Below are positions 11,214 through 19,645 of a DNA stretch of 64,000 nucleotides, in pieces. The notes below the pieces were generated by a model. That model had not been told where the DNA came from. It was given only the letters and a program-made list of their open reading frames with translations, and did not search any database. This DNA is from an uncultured Chloroflexia bacterium (GTDB taxonomy: Bacteria; Chloroflexota; Anaerolineae; Anaerolineales; RBG-16-64-43), in the NCBI GenBank assembly GCA_963780865.1, contig CAWADT010000013.1, positions 157,189 to 221,188 of the forward strand. Reading direction: 5' to 3'. Position numbers and translations under genes: made by a program. Each line of letters starts with the position of its first letter. Position 1 is the stretch's first letter.

Positions 11214-11765
11214 ATGGTCCATTCAACCGATCTTGTTTTAATTGCCATTCTCAACAACCTGCGCGATTTTGATGTCATCCGCCTCTTGGGATGGTATCGG
11301 ATTCCGCTCCGTCACGCTCCAAAAATCATTTCCATGGACGTCGTCGCTTTTTATCAAACGGCGGAATTCGGGGAGCAAAAATGGAGCATCCGCTACGCCG
11401 CCCGGGTTCAGGGCGTGGAAATGGTGAAGCGTTCCGATCTTTTCCAGGAAGATATTCACCATCCGCGCGCGCAGGAAGAATACTATAAACTGCAGTTGGG
11501 CCCGCTGGAAGTTCTCCCCCACGCCATCCTATCCCGGGTATGGCATCGAATCACCTTCTTCTATACTTCGGGCGACAAATTGCTCAGCGCGCGGGATATC
11601 CAGGATTTGGCAGTGTCTTCCTCCGACCGGGAGACGCTCTGGAACGCATTGCGGGAACGAACGGATCCGTTCGTTCCCGCCCGCGGCGATCCGAGAACCA
11701 TTCCGTGGCCGGACGATTGGATGCCCCTCGCCGACTTGTTGGAGAAGGGCCCGGAAGATCAATGA
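11214..11765 (+). CDS. Hypothetical protein (no family recognised)
   Basis: 183-aa ORF with an ATG start preceded by aaagggggag (SD-like). The composition looks like a real globular protein. Confidence 0.5.
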   Translation: MVHSTDLVLIAILNNLRDFDVIRLLGWYRIPLRHAPKIISMDVVAFYQTAEFGEQKWSIRYAARVQGVEMVKRSDLFQEDIHHPRAQEEYYKLQLGPLEVLPHAILSRVWHRITFFYTSGDKLLSARDIQDLAVSSSDRETLWNALRERTDPFVPARGDPRTIPWPDDWMPLADLLEKGPEDQ

Positions 11766-11773
11766 AGGAGAAA

Positions 11774-12130
11774 TCATCCTTCCAGAACTTTTAGCGTGAC
11801 GTGTCTCTCGCGCGGCCCGTCAAATTCGGTCAGGAAAATTCCCTGCCATGGACCGAGCAGAATCTTGCCTTCATCCACGATAAGCGAAAGGGTGGATCCA
11901 ACGAGCGAAGACTGAATGTGAGCCGGGGAGTTCCCCTCCTGATGGCGGTGTTCCGGATGAGCAGGAGCGGTTTGACGGTCCAGGGTTAATAAAATATCCG
12001 CGGAGACGCAGGGATCCCAATTTTCATTGAGGGTTAATCCGGCCGTTGTGTGGGACAAAAAGAGAAAGCAGATGCCGTTCCTTAGTCCGCTGTCGGTTAC
12101 CTCAGCCTGAACGGAATCCGTGATATCCAC
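11774..12130 (-). CDS. yjbQ: YjbQ/UPF0047 family protein (secondary thiamine-phosphate synthase-like); the N-terminus probably extends upstream
   Basis: Motifs FVDITDSV, LFLSHTTAGLTLNE and GPWQGIFLTEFDGPRER are present. The frame stays open upstream to 12211 and encodes ...PLKTLSVKTTSRRQF, which belongs to the family's first strand, but that stretch contains only a CTG (12170-12172) and no ATG/GTG/TTG. Confidence 0.75.
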   Translation of the reverse strand: MDITDSVQAEVTDSGLRNGICFLFLSHTTAGLTLNENWDPCVSADILLTLDRQTAPAHPEHRHQEGNSPAHIQSSLVGSTLSLIVDEGKILLGPWQGIFLTEFDGPRERHVTLKVLEG

Positions 12131-12191
12131 GAACTGCCTTCGGGAAGTGGTTTTGACGGAAAGCGTTTTCAGGGGAGATGGATTTATCGGA

Positions 12192-12653
12192 CTATCGCCG
12201 GTAGGTTCCCATCAGGGAGCCGGTATCGAGGATGTGGTTCCGAATCGCTTTTTGCACTGCCTCGGCGGCGAATCCGTCGCGCAAATCCAACATCCTATCC
12301 AGCGCAAATATTTTGAAAAAATACCGATGCGGTTTTCCGGGAGGCGGGTAGGGCCCGAAATAACCGGTTTCCCGCGTATCGTTTGTTCCTTGTCGGCCGA
12401 CTCCGGGAAGGACGGACTCCGTCGGCAGACCTTCCGATAATTTTCCCACCTGGGGGGGAATGTCGATCAAGATCCAATGGACGAATGTTCCGGACGGCGC
12501 GTCCGGGTCCTCAACCAGGAGAACGAAACTTTTTGTCGAGGAGGGTGAGCCGGACCAGGATAGTGCAGGGGAAAGATTTTCGCCTTCGCCCGCATGCCGT
12601 TTAGGAATGGGACCACCCTCGGAAAATGCCGGAGACGCCAATGCCATCGACAT
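12192..12653 (-). CDS. YbhB/YbcL family Raf-kinase-inhibitor-like (PEBP) protein
   Basis: 153 aa with LSPALSWSG, LLVEDPDAP, FVHWILIDIP and GYFGPYPPPGKPHRYFFKIFALD. Confidence 0.9.
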   Translation of the reverse strand: MSMALASPAFSEGGPIPKRHAGEGENLSPALSWSGSPSSTKSFVLLVEDPDAPSGTFVHWILIDIPPQVGKLSEGLPTESVLPGVGRQGTNDTRETGYFGPYPPPGKPHRYFFKIFALDRMLDLRDGFAAEAVQKAIRNHILDTGSLMGTYRR

Positions 12654-12716
12654 AATGACCTCCCTCGAAAGACGGTGTCGTGCAAACGCTGCGGGAAATA
12701 AAAACGTATTTTTTAC

Positions 12717-13073
12717 TTAATACAGCATTCCCCAATCCGCGGCGGCGTCCTCCTCCATCATCGACGGTTGCCATGCCTCCGCTCCCAATTCCATCATTAC
12801 GGGAATGCCGAGAGCTTTCTCCGCCTTCTGCCTGGCGTTTTCCATCATGGCCGGTCCGTAGGGGCAAAATGGCGTGGTAAGGATCATGCGGATGGCTGCC
12901 CCGGAATCGTTTATTTCCACTTCGCGGATCAGCCCCAATTGAATGATGGTATACCCAAGTTCGGGGTCGGTAACCCCGGCCCAGGCTTCGCGCAGGGCTT
13001 TGGCCTTCTCCGGATTCAAGCGATCGGCCTGCCATTCTGTTTTGGAGGATGGAACGGGGTTGGAGTCACTCAT
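12717..13073 (-). CDS. DUF59/MIP18-family Fe-S assembly protein (SufT/PaaD-like)
   Basis: Internal start MSDSNPV. Motif VTDPELGYTIIQLGLIREVEI....IRMILTTPFCPYGP is present. The start overlaps the sufR stop by 8 nt. Confidence 0.8.
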   Translation of the reverse strand: MSDSNPVPSSKTEWQADRLNPEKAKALREAWAGVTDPELGYTIIQLGLIREVEINDSGAAIRMILTTPFCPYGPAMMENARQKAEKALGIPVMMELGAEAWQPSMMEEDAAADWGMLY

Positions 13074-13716
13074 AAGGAAGCGGGCGCGATGCGCCGGCAA
13101 TGGAAAAAGTGCACGCCTCGGAACCGGATCGGATGCACGCGGTCCGTTCCACCGGTGTGCTCAGCGCGCGGGAAAAGATCGATGCGTCCAGCGCGCAGAC
13201 TTCCGGGTGGTGCAGACTGATCTTGGAATACGGGCAGGCGAATTCCAGCAGCCGGTATTGATCCGGCCCGCTCTCTTCCACCTGCGCGATAAACCCATCT
13301 TGTGCGAGCAGCTGAACCAGCCGGTCAATTCGCCGCGGCCAAGGGAGCGGATCCAGTTCCGCTTTCCATTCTCCGGCAATGCTGGAAGCTACCTCCCGCA
13401 ATAATTTATCCACCATTTCGGGCGGCAGGTTTTCGTTCAGCTGATCGAGAAGGAAGTTCGTAAATTTATAGTATTTGGATGGATTTCTATCCAACGCGGT
13501 TTCCGTCAATCGGTAGACCAAATGCGGTCGGCCGATCCCATGCCTTTCCTCCTTGCTCTCAATCAACCCTTCCGCCAGGAGAGAGGACAAATGATGGCGG
13601 ACGCCGATATGCGTGATCCGCAGATCCTCGGCTAATTCAGAAACCGTCATATGGCCGTTGGTCCAAATCGTACGCAATATTTTTTCCCGAGTGTGCTCGA
13701 CCGCTGCTACTATCAT
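13066..13716 (-). CDS. sufR: SufR-type (ArsR/DeoR-like winged-helix) iron-sulfur cluster biosynthesis regulator
   Basis: 216 aa. An N-terminal wHTH (ILRTIWTNGHMTVSELAEDLRITHIGVRHHLSSLLAEGLI) and a C-terminal Cys cluster (EFACPYS...EVCALD...RTACIRSGSEACTF) are present. It is divergent from sufC. Confidence 0.75.
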   Translation of the reverse strand: MIVAAVEHTREKILRTIWTNGHMTVSELAEDLRITHIGVRHHLSSLLAEGLIESKEERHGIGRPHLVYRLTETALDRNPSKYYKFTNFLLDQLNENLPPEMVDKLLREVASSIAGEWKAELDPLPWPRRIDRLVQLLAQDGFIAQVEESGPDQYRLLEFACPYSKISLHHPEVCALDASIFSRALSTPVERTACIRSGSEACTFSIAGASRPLPYE

Positions 13717-13726
13717 AATTATTCAA

Positions 13727-13755
13727 ATTTTAAGCTAAAATTCGATATTAGTCAA
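13727..13755 (-). promoter_or_regulatory. Candidate sigma70-type promoter of sufR
   Basis: Minus strand reads TTGACT (13755-13750), a 17-nt spacer, then TAAAAT (13732-13727). The ATG at 13716 is only about 10 nt downstream of the -10, which implies a very short or absent leader. Confidence 0.5.
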
Positions 13756-13779
13756 TTATTAATATAAATATATTAAATA

Positions 13780-13809
13780 TTGACTACTAAATCCAATAAA
13801 TGCTATACT
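13780..13809 (+). promoter_or_regulatory. Candidate sigma70-type promoter of the suf operon
   Basis: TTGACT (13780-13785), an 18-nt spacer, then TATACT (13804-13809). It is followed by GAGGG and the ATG at 13833. Confidence 0.5.
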
Positions 13810-13832
13810 CAATTGAATTTACTGAGGGCGAT

Positions 13833-14612
13833 ATGGAATCTACTTTGATTATTCAGGATTTACGTGTAAATGTTCAAGACAAGCCGGTATTAAAAGGTGT
13901 AAATCTTACTATCCGTCAGGGGGAAGTTCATGCATTGATGGGACCCAATGGAACTGGAAAATCGACGCTGGCCTATGCGCTGATGGGGCATCCTGGGTTT
14001 GCGGTTACCGGCGGAAAGATTACTTTTGATGGACGAGATATTCTTGGTTTATCCCCCGAAGAAAGAGCCAGGCAAGGTTTGTTTCTGGCCTTCCAATATC
14101 CGGTCGCGATTCCGGGCGTTTCGGTGGCCAATTTCCTGCGGACCGCGATTAATTCCCGTCGCAGGGCGCTGGATCCTCAGGATAAGGGGATTGCCGTTCC
14201 CGAGTTTCGCAAGCTGCTCAAATCCAAAATGGAAGCGCTTCAAATTCCGGTCGAATTCGGCGGACGATATTTGAACGACGGTTTCTCCGGCGGGGAGAAA
14301 AAAAGGGTGGAGGTCCTTCAACTCTCGGTGCTGCTCCCGAAAATCGCCATCATGGACGAAACGGATTCGGGCTTGGACATCGACGCGCTGCGAATCGTGG
14401 CTGGCAGCGTGGAAACGCTCTCCGGGCCTGATCTGGGAATTTTGGTGATCACCCACTATCAGAGAATTCTCAACTATATCAAGCCCCAGTTCGTGCACGT
14501 GATGTACGACGGGCGGATCGTGGAAGATGGCGGCGCGGACCTTGCGGTTAGGCTTGAGGAAACGGGTTATGAATGGGTGAAGGAAAAATACGGCCGGGCG
14601 GAGATATCCTGA
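13833..14612 (+). CDS. sufC: Fe-S cluster assembly ATPase SufC
   Basis: Internal start MESTLIIQDLRV; the listed start at 13800 lies inside the predicted -10. Motifs GPNGTGKST, LNDGFSGGEKKR, IMDETDSGLD and ITHYQRIL are present. Confidence 0.95.
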   Translation: MESTLIIQDLRVNVQDKPVLKGVNLTIRQGEVHALMGPNGTGKSTLAYALMGHPGFAVTGGKITFDGRDILGLSPEERARQGLFLAFQYPVAIPGVSVANFLRTAINSRRRALDPQDKGIAVPEFRKLLKSKMEALQIPVEFGGRYLNDGFSGGEKKRVEVLQLSVLLPKIAIMDETDSGLDIDALRIVAGSVETLSGPDLGILVITHYQRILNYIKPQFVHVMYDGRIVEDGGADLAVRLEETGYEWVKEKYGRAEIS

Positions 14613-14613
14613 C

Positions 14614-16024
14614 ATGTCGGCGGCGGGAAAACCCGATTGGGAGGGGTTTGGGGAGAACCAGGACGACTTTCGCGATCCGGAGGAATATCTTTATCGCGCG
14701 CGTCCCGGATTGCACCGGGATGTGGTCGACGAGATATCCGCCCAGAAGGGGGAACCGGAGTGGATGCATCAAATCCGGTTGAAGGCGTTCGATCATTTTC
14801 TGGAGCGGCCGATGCCCACCTGGGGCGGGAAATCTTGCGGATATCCGTTTTGAGGATATCACCTTCTATATCCGCCCCAGCGAACGCGCCAGCGCGACCT
14901 GGGATGAAGTGCCCGAAACCATCAAGCGCACGTTCGACCGCCTGGGAATCCCGGAAGCCGAACGCCGGCTGCTGGCGGGCGTCGGCGCGCAATACGAATC
15001 CGAAATGGTCTACCACAACATCCAACAGTTGCTTGAAAAACAGGGGGTGATATTTCTCAGCAGCGACAATGGACTGAAAAATTATCCGGATGTTTATCGC
15101 GAATTTTTCGGCACGGTGGTGCCGTACACCGACAACAAGCTCGCGGCGCTTAACACCGCTTTCTGGTCCGGCGGATCGTTTGTGTATGTTCCCAAAGGAG
15201 TCCATGTGGAACTTCCGCTGCAGGCGTACTTCCGCCTCAACGCGCAGGGAATGGGCCAGTTCGAGCGCACGCTGATTATCGTGGACGAGGGAGCCTCGGT
15301 GCATTACGTCGAAGGCTGCACGGCGCCGATCTATTCCCGCGATTCGCTTCACAGCGGCGTAATCGAAATCATCGTGCGGCGGGGCGCGCGGATGCGCTAT
15401 ACGACCATCCAGAACTGGTCCACCAACGTATTCAACCTGGTGACCCAACGCGCGATCGTCGAGGAAGAAGGGGTCATGGAGTGGGTGGATTCCAATTTGG
15501 GTAGCCGCTTGACGATGAAATACCCCTCCTGCATCCTCAAAGGCCGGGGCGCGCATGGGGAAGTGCTTTCCATGGCGTTCGCGGGGAAGGGCCAGCATCA
15601 GGACGCCGGCGCCAAAATGTTCCACGCCGCGCCGTTCACCACCAGCAAAATCACTTCCAAATCGATCAGCAAGGCCGGCGGGCGGGCATCCTACCGGGGC
15701 ATGGTGAGGGTTTTACCAGGAGCAAAGCATTCCCGGTCCAAAGTTGTCTGCGATGCGCTGCTTTTAGATTCGGAGGCCCGCACGGATACGTATCCCACCA
15801 TGGAAACCGACGAGAACACCGTGGAAATCGGGCATGAAGCGACCGTCAGTAAGATCGGGGCCGAGCAGTTGTTCTATCTTCGGAGCCGCGGCCTTTCGGA
15901 GGAAGAAGCCACCACCATGGTGGTGTCGGGGTTCATCGAGCCGCTGGTTAAGGAACTCCCGATGGAATATGCCATCGAAATGAACCGGTTGATTCAATTG
16001 CAGATGTCTGGAACCGTCGGGTAA
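14614..16024 (+). pseudogene. sufB: Fe-S cluster assembly scaffold SufB, interrupted by a single extra nucleotide near 14830
   Basis: ORF 14614..14853 encodes the SufB N-terminus (...[26 protein letters not shown]). The next frame continues without a gap as [44 protein letters not shown]... into ORF 14909..16024. The span is 1411 nt, which is 3n+1. Removing one A from ggg-aaa-tct restores about 469 aa. Confidence 0.9.
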
Positions 16025-16027
16025 ATC

Positions 16028-17446
16028 ATGGCCGAGAAATCAACGTCCACGCCGAAGGCAAATGCGGAGGCGGCGGGAGCTGTCGGCCTGCCGGTTCTCT
16101 CCGACATACAGGTGGAAGCTATCGGGCGCGAATTGGGGGAGCCGGGGTGGATGATCGATGCCCGGCGTTCGGCGTTGGGTCCGTACCGCCTAATTCCGAT
16201 GCCTTCGCCCCGCGAGGAAACCTGGCGCCACAGCGACCTCCTGCAATTTCCTTTCGCGGACCTAACGCTGGAAGCGCTGGCGCTCTCCCGCAAGCCAAAG
16301 CGCGCGCCGTCGGCTTGGCTGCGGCCGGTGGCGGCGGGCGGAACGGGCGGGCGGATAGTGTTGGAAGATGGGTTGACGCGGGAAACGTCCCTGGCGGAAG
16401 GTCTCGTGCAGGCGGGAGTGGTGTTCATGCCCATATCGCAAGCCGCGCATGATCATCCGGAGCTCCTCCGAGCCTTGATGGGCAAGGTCGTTTCGCCGTC
16501 GGATGGGAAGTTTGCCGCGCTGGCTTCGATTATTTTTGATTCCGGTTTTATGCTCCACGTTCCCAAGGGCGTTCGCATCGATCGGCCGCTGCATGCTTCC
16601 CTATGGTCGTCGCCCGGGGGGATTCGCGCCGAACGCTTTTTGGTGAATATCGAGGAGGGCGCCGAGGCAACTCTGCTTTTCGAATGCGCCTCTCCGGAGG
16701 CAAGCGGTCCCGCTGCGCGATTGCAGATCATGGAAATTTCGGTCCACCCCGGCGCCTTCCTGCGTTTGTTTAATTCGCAAGCCTGGGGGAAAAACGTCGT
16801 CTCCATCTCGCAGGACAAAGCGTCGATCCGCCGGGATGGACGCCTGGAATGGGGATTTGCGCATCTTGGCGGCCGGTCCTCCAAAACGATCGCCGCGGTC
16901 GATTTAGCGGAGCCCGGGGCAAATGCCCGCTGGGCGGGATTCAGCTTATTGGGAAGCGGCCAACAAGCCAACCTTTCCTCATGGCAAAATCACCGGGCGC
17001 GGGAGACGACGTCGGATTTTCTGTACAAGCAGGCCCTGACGGAATCCGCGCGGTCGATCTGGAGGGGAATGGTGCGGGTGGATCCGGGAGCCGTGGGCGC
17101 CGACGGGTATCAGGCCAGCCGGACCTTGATGCTATCGGACCAGGCGAAGGCCGAATCCGTTCCCGGGTTGGAAATCCTCGCGGATGATGTACACTGTTCC
17201 CATGGGGTATCGATCGGGGAATTGGACCCCGAAGAAATTTTCTATCTTCAATCGAGGGGAATTTCGCTTGACGATTCGCGCCGATTGATGATTGACGGTT
17301 TTTTTGAACCGGTGCTCGAAAAAATCTCACAAGACGACGTCCGCCGACGGGTTCGCGGCATTCTGGAAGATAAATTGGAAGCCATGCGGCAGGCGCAGCT
17401 TCCAACGGATCAGCGCGGCCGGCTCGTCCCGGAAACGGGCGGATAG
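16028..17446 (+). CDS. sufD: Fe-S cluster assembly protein SufD
   Basis: 472 aa, positioned directly after sufB. The C-terminal beta-helix region and the ending ...EEIFYLQSRGISLDDSRRLMIDGFF are typical of SufD. Confidence 0.9.
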   Translation: MAEKSTSTPKANAEAAGAVGLPVLSDIQVEAIGRELGEPGWMIDARRSALGPYRLIPMPSPREETWRHSDLLQFPFADLTLEALALSRKPKRAPSAWLRPVAAGGTGGRIVLEDGLTRETSLAEGLVQAGVVFMPISQAAHDHPELLRALMGKVVSPSDGKFAALASIIFDSGFMLHVPKGVRIDRPLHASLWSSPGGIRAERFLVNIEEGAEATLLFECASPEASGPAARLQIMEISVHPGAFLRLFNSQAWGKNVVSISQDKASIRRDGRLEWGFAHLGGRSSKTIAAVDLAEPGANARWAGFSLLGSGQQANLSSWQNHRARETTSDFLYKQALTESARSIWRGMVRVDPGAVGADGYQASRTLMLSDQAKAESVPGLEILADDVHCSHGVSIGELDPEEIFYLQSRGISLDDSRRLMIDGFFEPVLEKISQDDVRRRVRGILEDKLEAMRQAQLPTDQRGRLVPETGG

Positions 17447-17457
17447 GGAGATCCTTC

Positions 17458-17805
17458 ATGCCAATCCTTGTTTACTCCATTGGGGATATCGTGGAAGTGT
17501 TTTGCGACCACAAACACGGCGGCCGCAGGGTTCGCGATTGGGTCGAGGGTGTGGTGGTTCACGCCGACGAACGCATGACGGCGATCCAATTCCGGGTCGA
17601 CGTGTATCTGACCGATGGATGGATGGTGCCGGACAGAATCCTGTGGTTCAACAAGGGAACCGAAAAAATACGGATCCTCCGAAAAGGTCGGATTGTTACG
17701 ACCGGGAAAAGGATCACCGCCCCGCCGCAGCATAAAAAAGCAATCTCCGAAAAAAAGCGGATTGTCAAAACCTCGCCGCGCCATCGCCTGCCAACCCGGA
17801 AATGA
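17458..17805 (+). CDS. Hypothetical small protein embedded in the suf operon (beta-rich N-domain plus basic tail)
   Basis: 115-aa ORF, 11 nt after sufD and 36 nt before sufS, with GGGAG upstream of the ATG. No family recognised. The tail reads RITAPPQHKKAISEKKRIVKTSPRHRLPTRK. Confidence 0.55.
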   Translation: MPILVYSIGDIVEVFCDHKHGGRRVRDWVEGVVVHADERMTAIQFRVDVYLTDGWMVPDRILWFNKGTEKIRILRKGRIVTTGKRITAPPQHKKAISEKKRIVKTSPRHRLPTRK

Positions 17806-17841
17806 CGCGCGGAGCCGGTCAATGAAGGAAATGGCAACCCA

Positions 17842-19098
17842 ATGATCGACCAGAAATCCGCCGATGCGGCAATCCCTCTTGATGTAAAAAAAATCCGCGC
17901 CGACTTTCCGATCCTTGCGAGGGAGGTCCACCCGGGAGTTCCGCTCGTATATCTGGATTCGGCGGCCACTTCTCAAAAACCGGAAGCGGTCATTGAGAGC
18001 ATGTCCGACTATTACCGGAAACACAACGCCAACATCCATCGCGCCGTGCACACATTGGCCGAGGAAGCTACGAGCCTGTATGAAGAATCCAGGTCGAAGG
18101 TCGCCGCTTGGATCGGCGCGGAACGCCCCCAGGAAATCATCTTTACCCGCAACGCCACCGAAGCCATCAACCTCGTTGCCCAAACCTGGGGCCGCACCCG
18201 AATGGAAAAGGGCGACGTGTTGCTGCTGACCGAGATGGAACATCACAGCAACCTCGTTCCCTGGCAGATCCTCGCGGAAGCTCGGGAGCTGCGGCTCGAA
18301 TTTGTGCCCATCACCGGCGACGGGCAATTGGATCTTGCCGCTTTGGAAAAACTTCTCGAAGGGAAGCCCAAGCTGCTTGCCCTGACCCAGATGTCGAACG
18401 TACTAGGCACGATCAACCCAATACGCGAGATCGTCCGTTCCGCCCACGCCGCCGGGGCAAAGGTGCTGGTGGACGCGGCGCAATCGGTTGCGCACATGGC
18501 GGTTGACGTGCGGGAATTGGACGTGGACTTCCTGGCGTTCTCTTCCCATAAAATGTGCGGCCCGACGGGGATTGGGGCGCTGTATGGAAAGCTGGACATT
18601 CTACGCGATATGCCGCCTTTCCTTGGGGGCGGAGACATGATCCGCAAGGTGATGTGGAGGTCGTTCGAACCGAACGATTTGCCCTATACCTTCGAGGCCG
18701 GTACACCGCCCATCGCCGAGGCGGTGGGCTGGGGCGCGGCGATCGATTATCTCAAACGGATCGGCATGCCCGCCATCCAGCGGCACGAGCAGGCCGTCAC
18801 GGAATATGCCATCCGGCGGATGCATGAAATTCCGGGAGTGACGATCCTCGGACCGGACGCCGAAAAACGAGGAGGGCTGGTGGCGTTTACGGTGGAAGGA
18901 ATCCACCCGCACGATATCGCTCAAATCCTGGATTCGGTCGGGGTGGCGGTTCGATCCGGACATCACTGCACGATGCCGTTGCACGAGAAGCTCCACTTGC
19001 CGGCCACAACCCGGGCGTCGTTCTACCTGTATACACTGACCGAGGAAATCGACGCACTCGTCAAAGGGTTGGAGAAAGCTAGAAAGTTATTTGCGTAA
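17842..19098 (+). CDS. sufS: Cysteine desulfurase SufS (class II aminotransferase V)
   Basis: 418 aa with IRADFPIL, YLDSAATSQKP, FSSHKMCGPTGIG and RSGHHCTMPL. Confidence 0.95.
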   Translation: MIDQKSADAAIPLDVKKIRADFPILAREVHPGVPLVYLDSAATSQKPEAVIESMSDYYRKHNANIHRAVHTLAEEATSLYEESRSKVAAWIGAERPQEIIFTRNATEAINLVAQTWGRTRMEKGDVLLLTEMEHHSNLVPWQILAEARELRLEFVPITGDGQLDLAALEKLLEGKPKLLALTQMSNVLGTINPIREIVRSAHAAGAKVLVDAAQSVAHMAVDVRELDVDFLAFSSHKMCGPTGIGALYGKLDILRDMPPFLGGGDMIRKVMWRSFEPNDLPYTFEAGTPPIAEAVGWGAAIDYLKRIGMPAIQRHEQAVTEYAIRRMHEIPGVTILGPDAEKRGGLVAFTVEGIHPHDIAQILDSVGVAVRSGHHCTMPLHEKLHLPATTRASFYLYTLTEEIDALVKGLEKARKLFA

Positions 19099-19105
19099 GT
19101 CTCCG

Positions 19106-19495
19106 ATGGATGATCTCTACCGGCAGCAGATAATCGACCGCTACAAACACCCGCTCAAACGGGGCGTACTGGATCCGCACGACCACTCGTACGAGGATGA
19201 AAATCCGCTGTGCGGGGATCGCCTCCGCATCGACTTGCGCACGGACGCGACGGGCAGGGTGACTGAAGCCGCTTTTTCAGGCGATGGTTGCGCCATCTCG
19301 CAGGCTTCGGCGGATTTGCTGACGGAGTATATCGAGGGAAAGTCGCTCGAGGAAATCCGGTCGCTTTCGAAGGAAACGATCCTGGACCTATTGGGGATCG
19401 AACTTAGCCCCATCCGGCTGAAATGCGCGTTGCTTTCATTGAAGGTTTTAAAGGCGGGAGCATACGGTTTGGATGAGGCACGCAAGATCGAATAG
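19106..19495 (+). CDS. sufU: SufU/IscU-like sulfur acceptor (NifU N-terminal-like)
   Basis: Motifs MDDLYRQQIIDRYKHP, NPLCGDRL, GDGCAISQASA and RLKCALL are present. The listed ORF starts at a TTG at 19091; I prefer the ATG at 19106. Confidence 0.9.
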   Translation: MDDLYRQQIIDRYKHPLKRGVLDPHDHSYEDENPLCGDRLRIDLRTDATGRVTEAAFSGDGCAISQASADLLTEYIEGKSLEEIRSLSKETILDLLGIELSPIRLKCALLSLKVLKAGAYGLDEARKIE

Positions 19496-19645
19496 CGGTA
19501 GATGCGGAAAAAGGCATAAACGTCTGCATGCCCCGAGTGACCTCGGTCGAGGTGTCTTCTCTCGACGATCGCTTAATCGAGCGTGGTAAAATAACCGGCT
19601 GTTCGTCCAGTCCTATGACCATAGATTGAAAGGAGCAATAGAACC

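Noticed and set aside
14567-15625. 352-aa minus-strand ORF
   Set aside because: It is antisense to sufB, has a low-complexity composition and shows no motifs.
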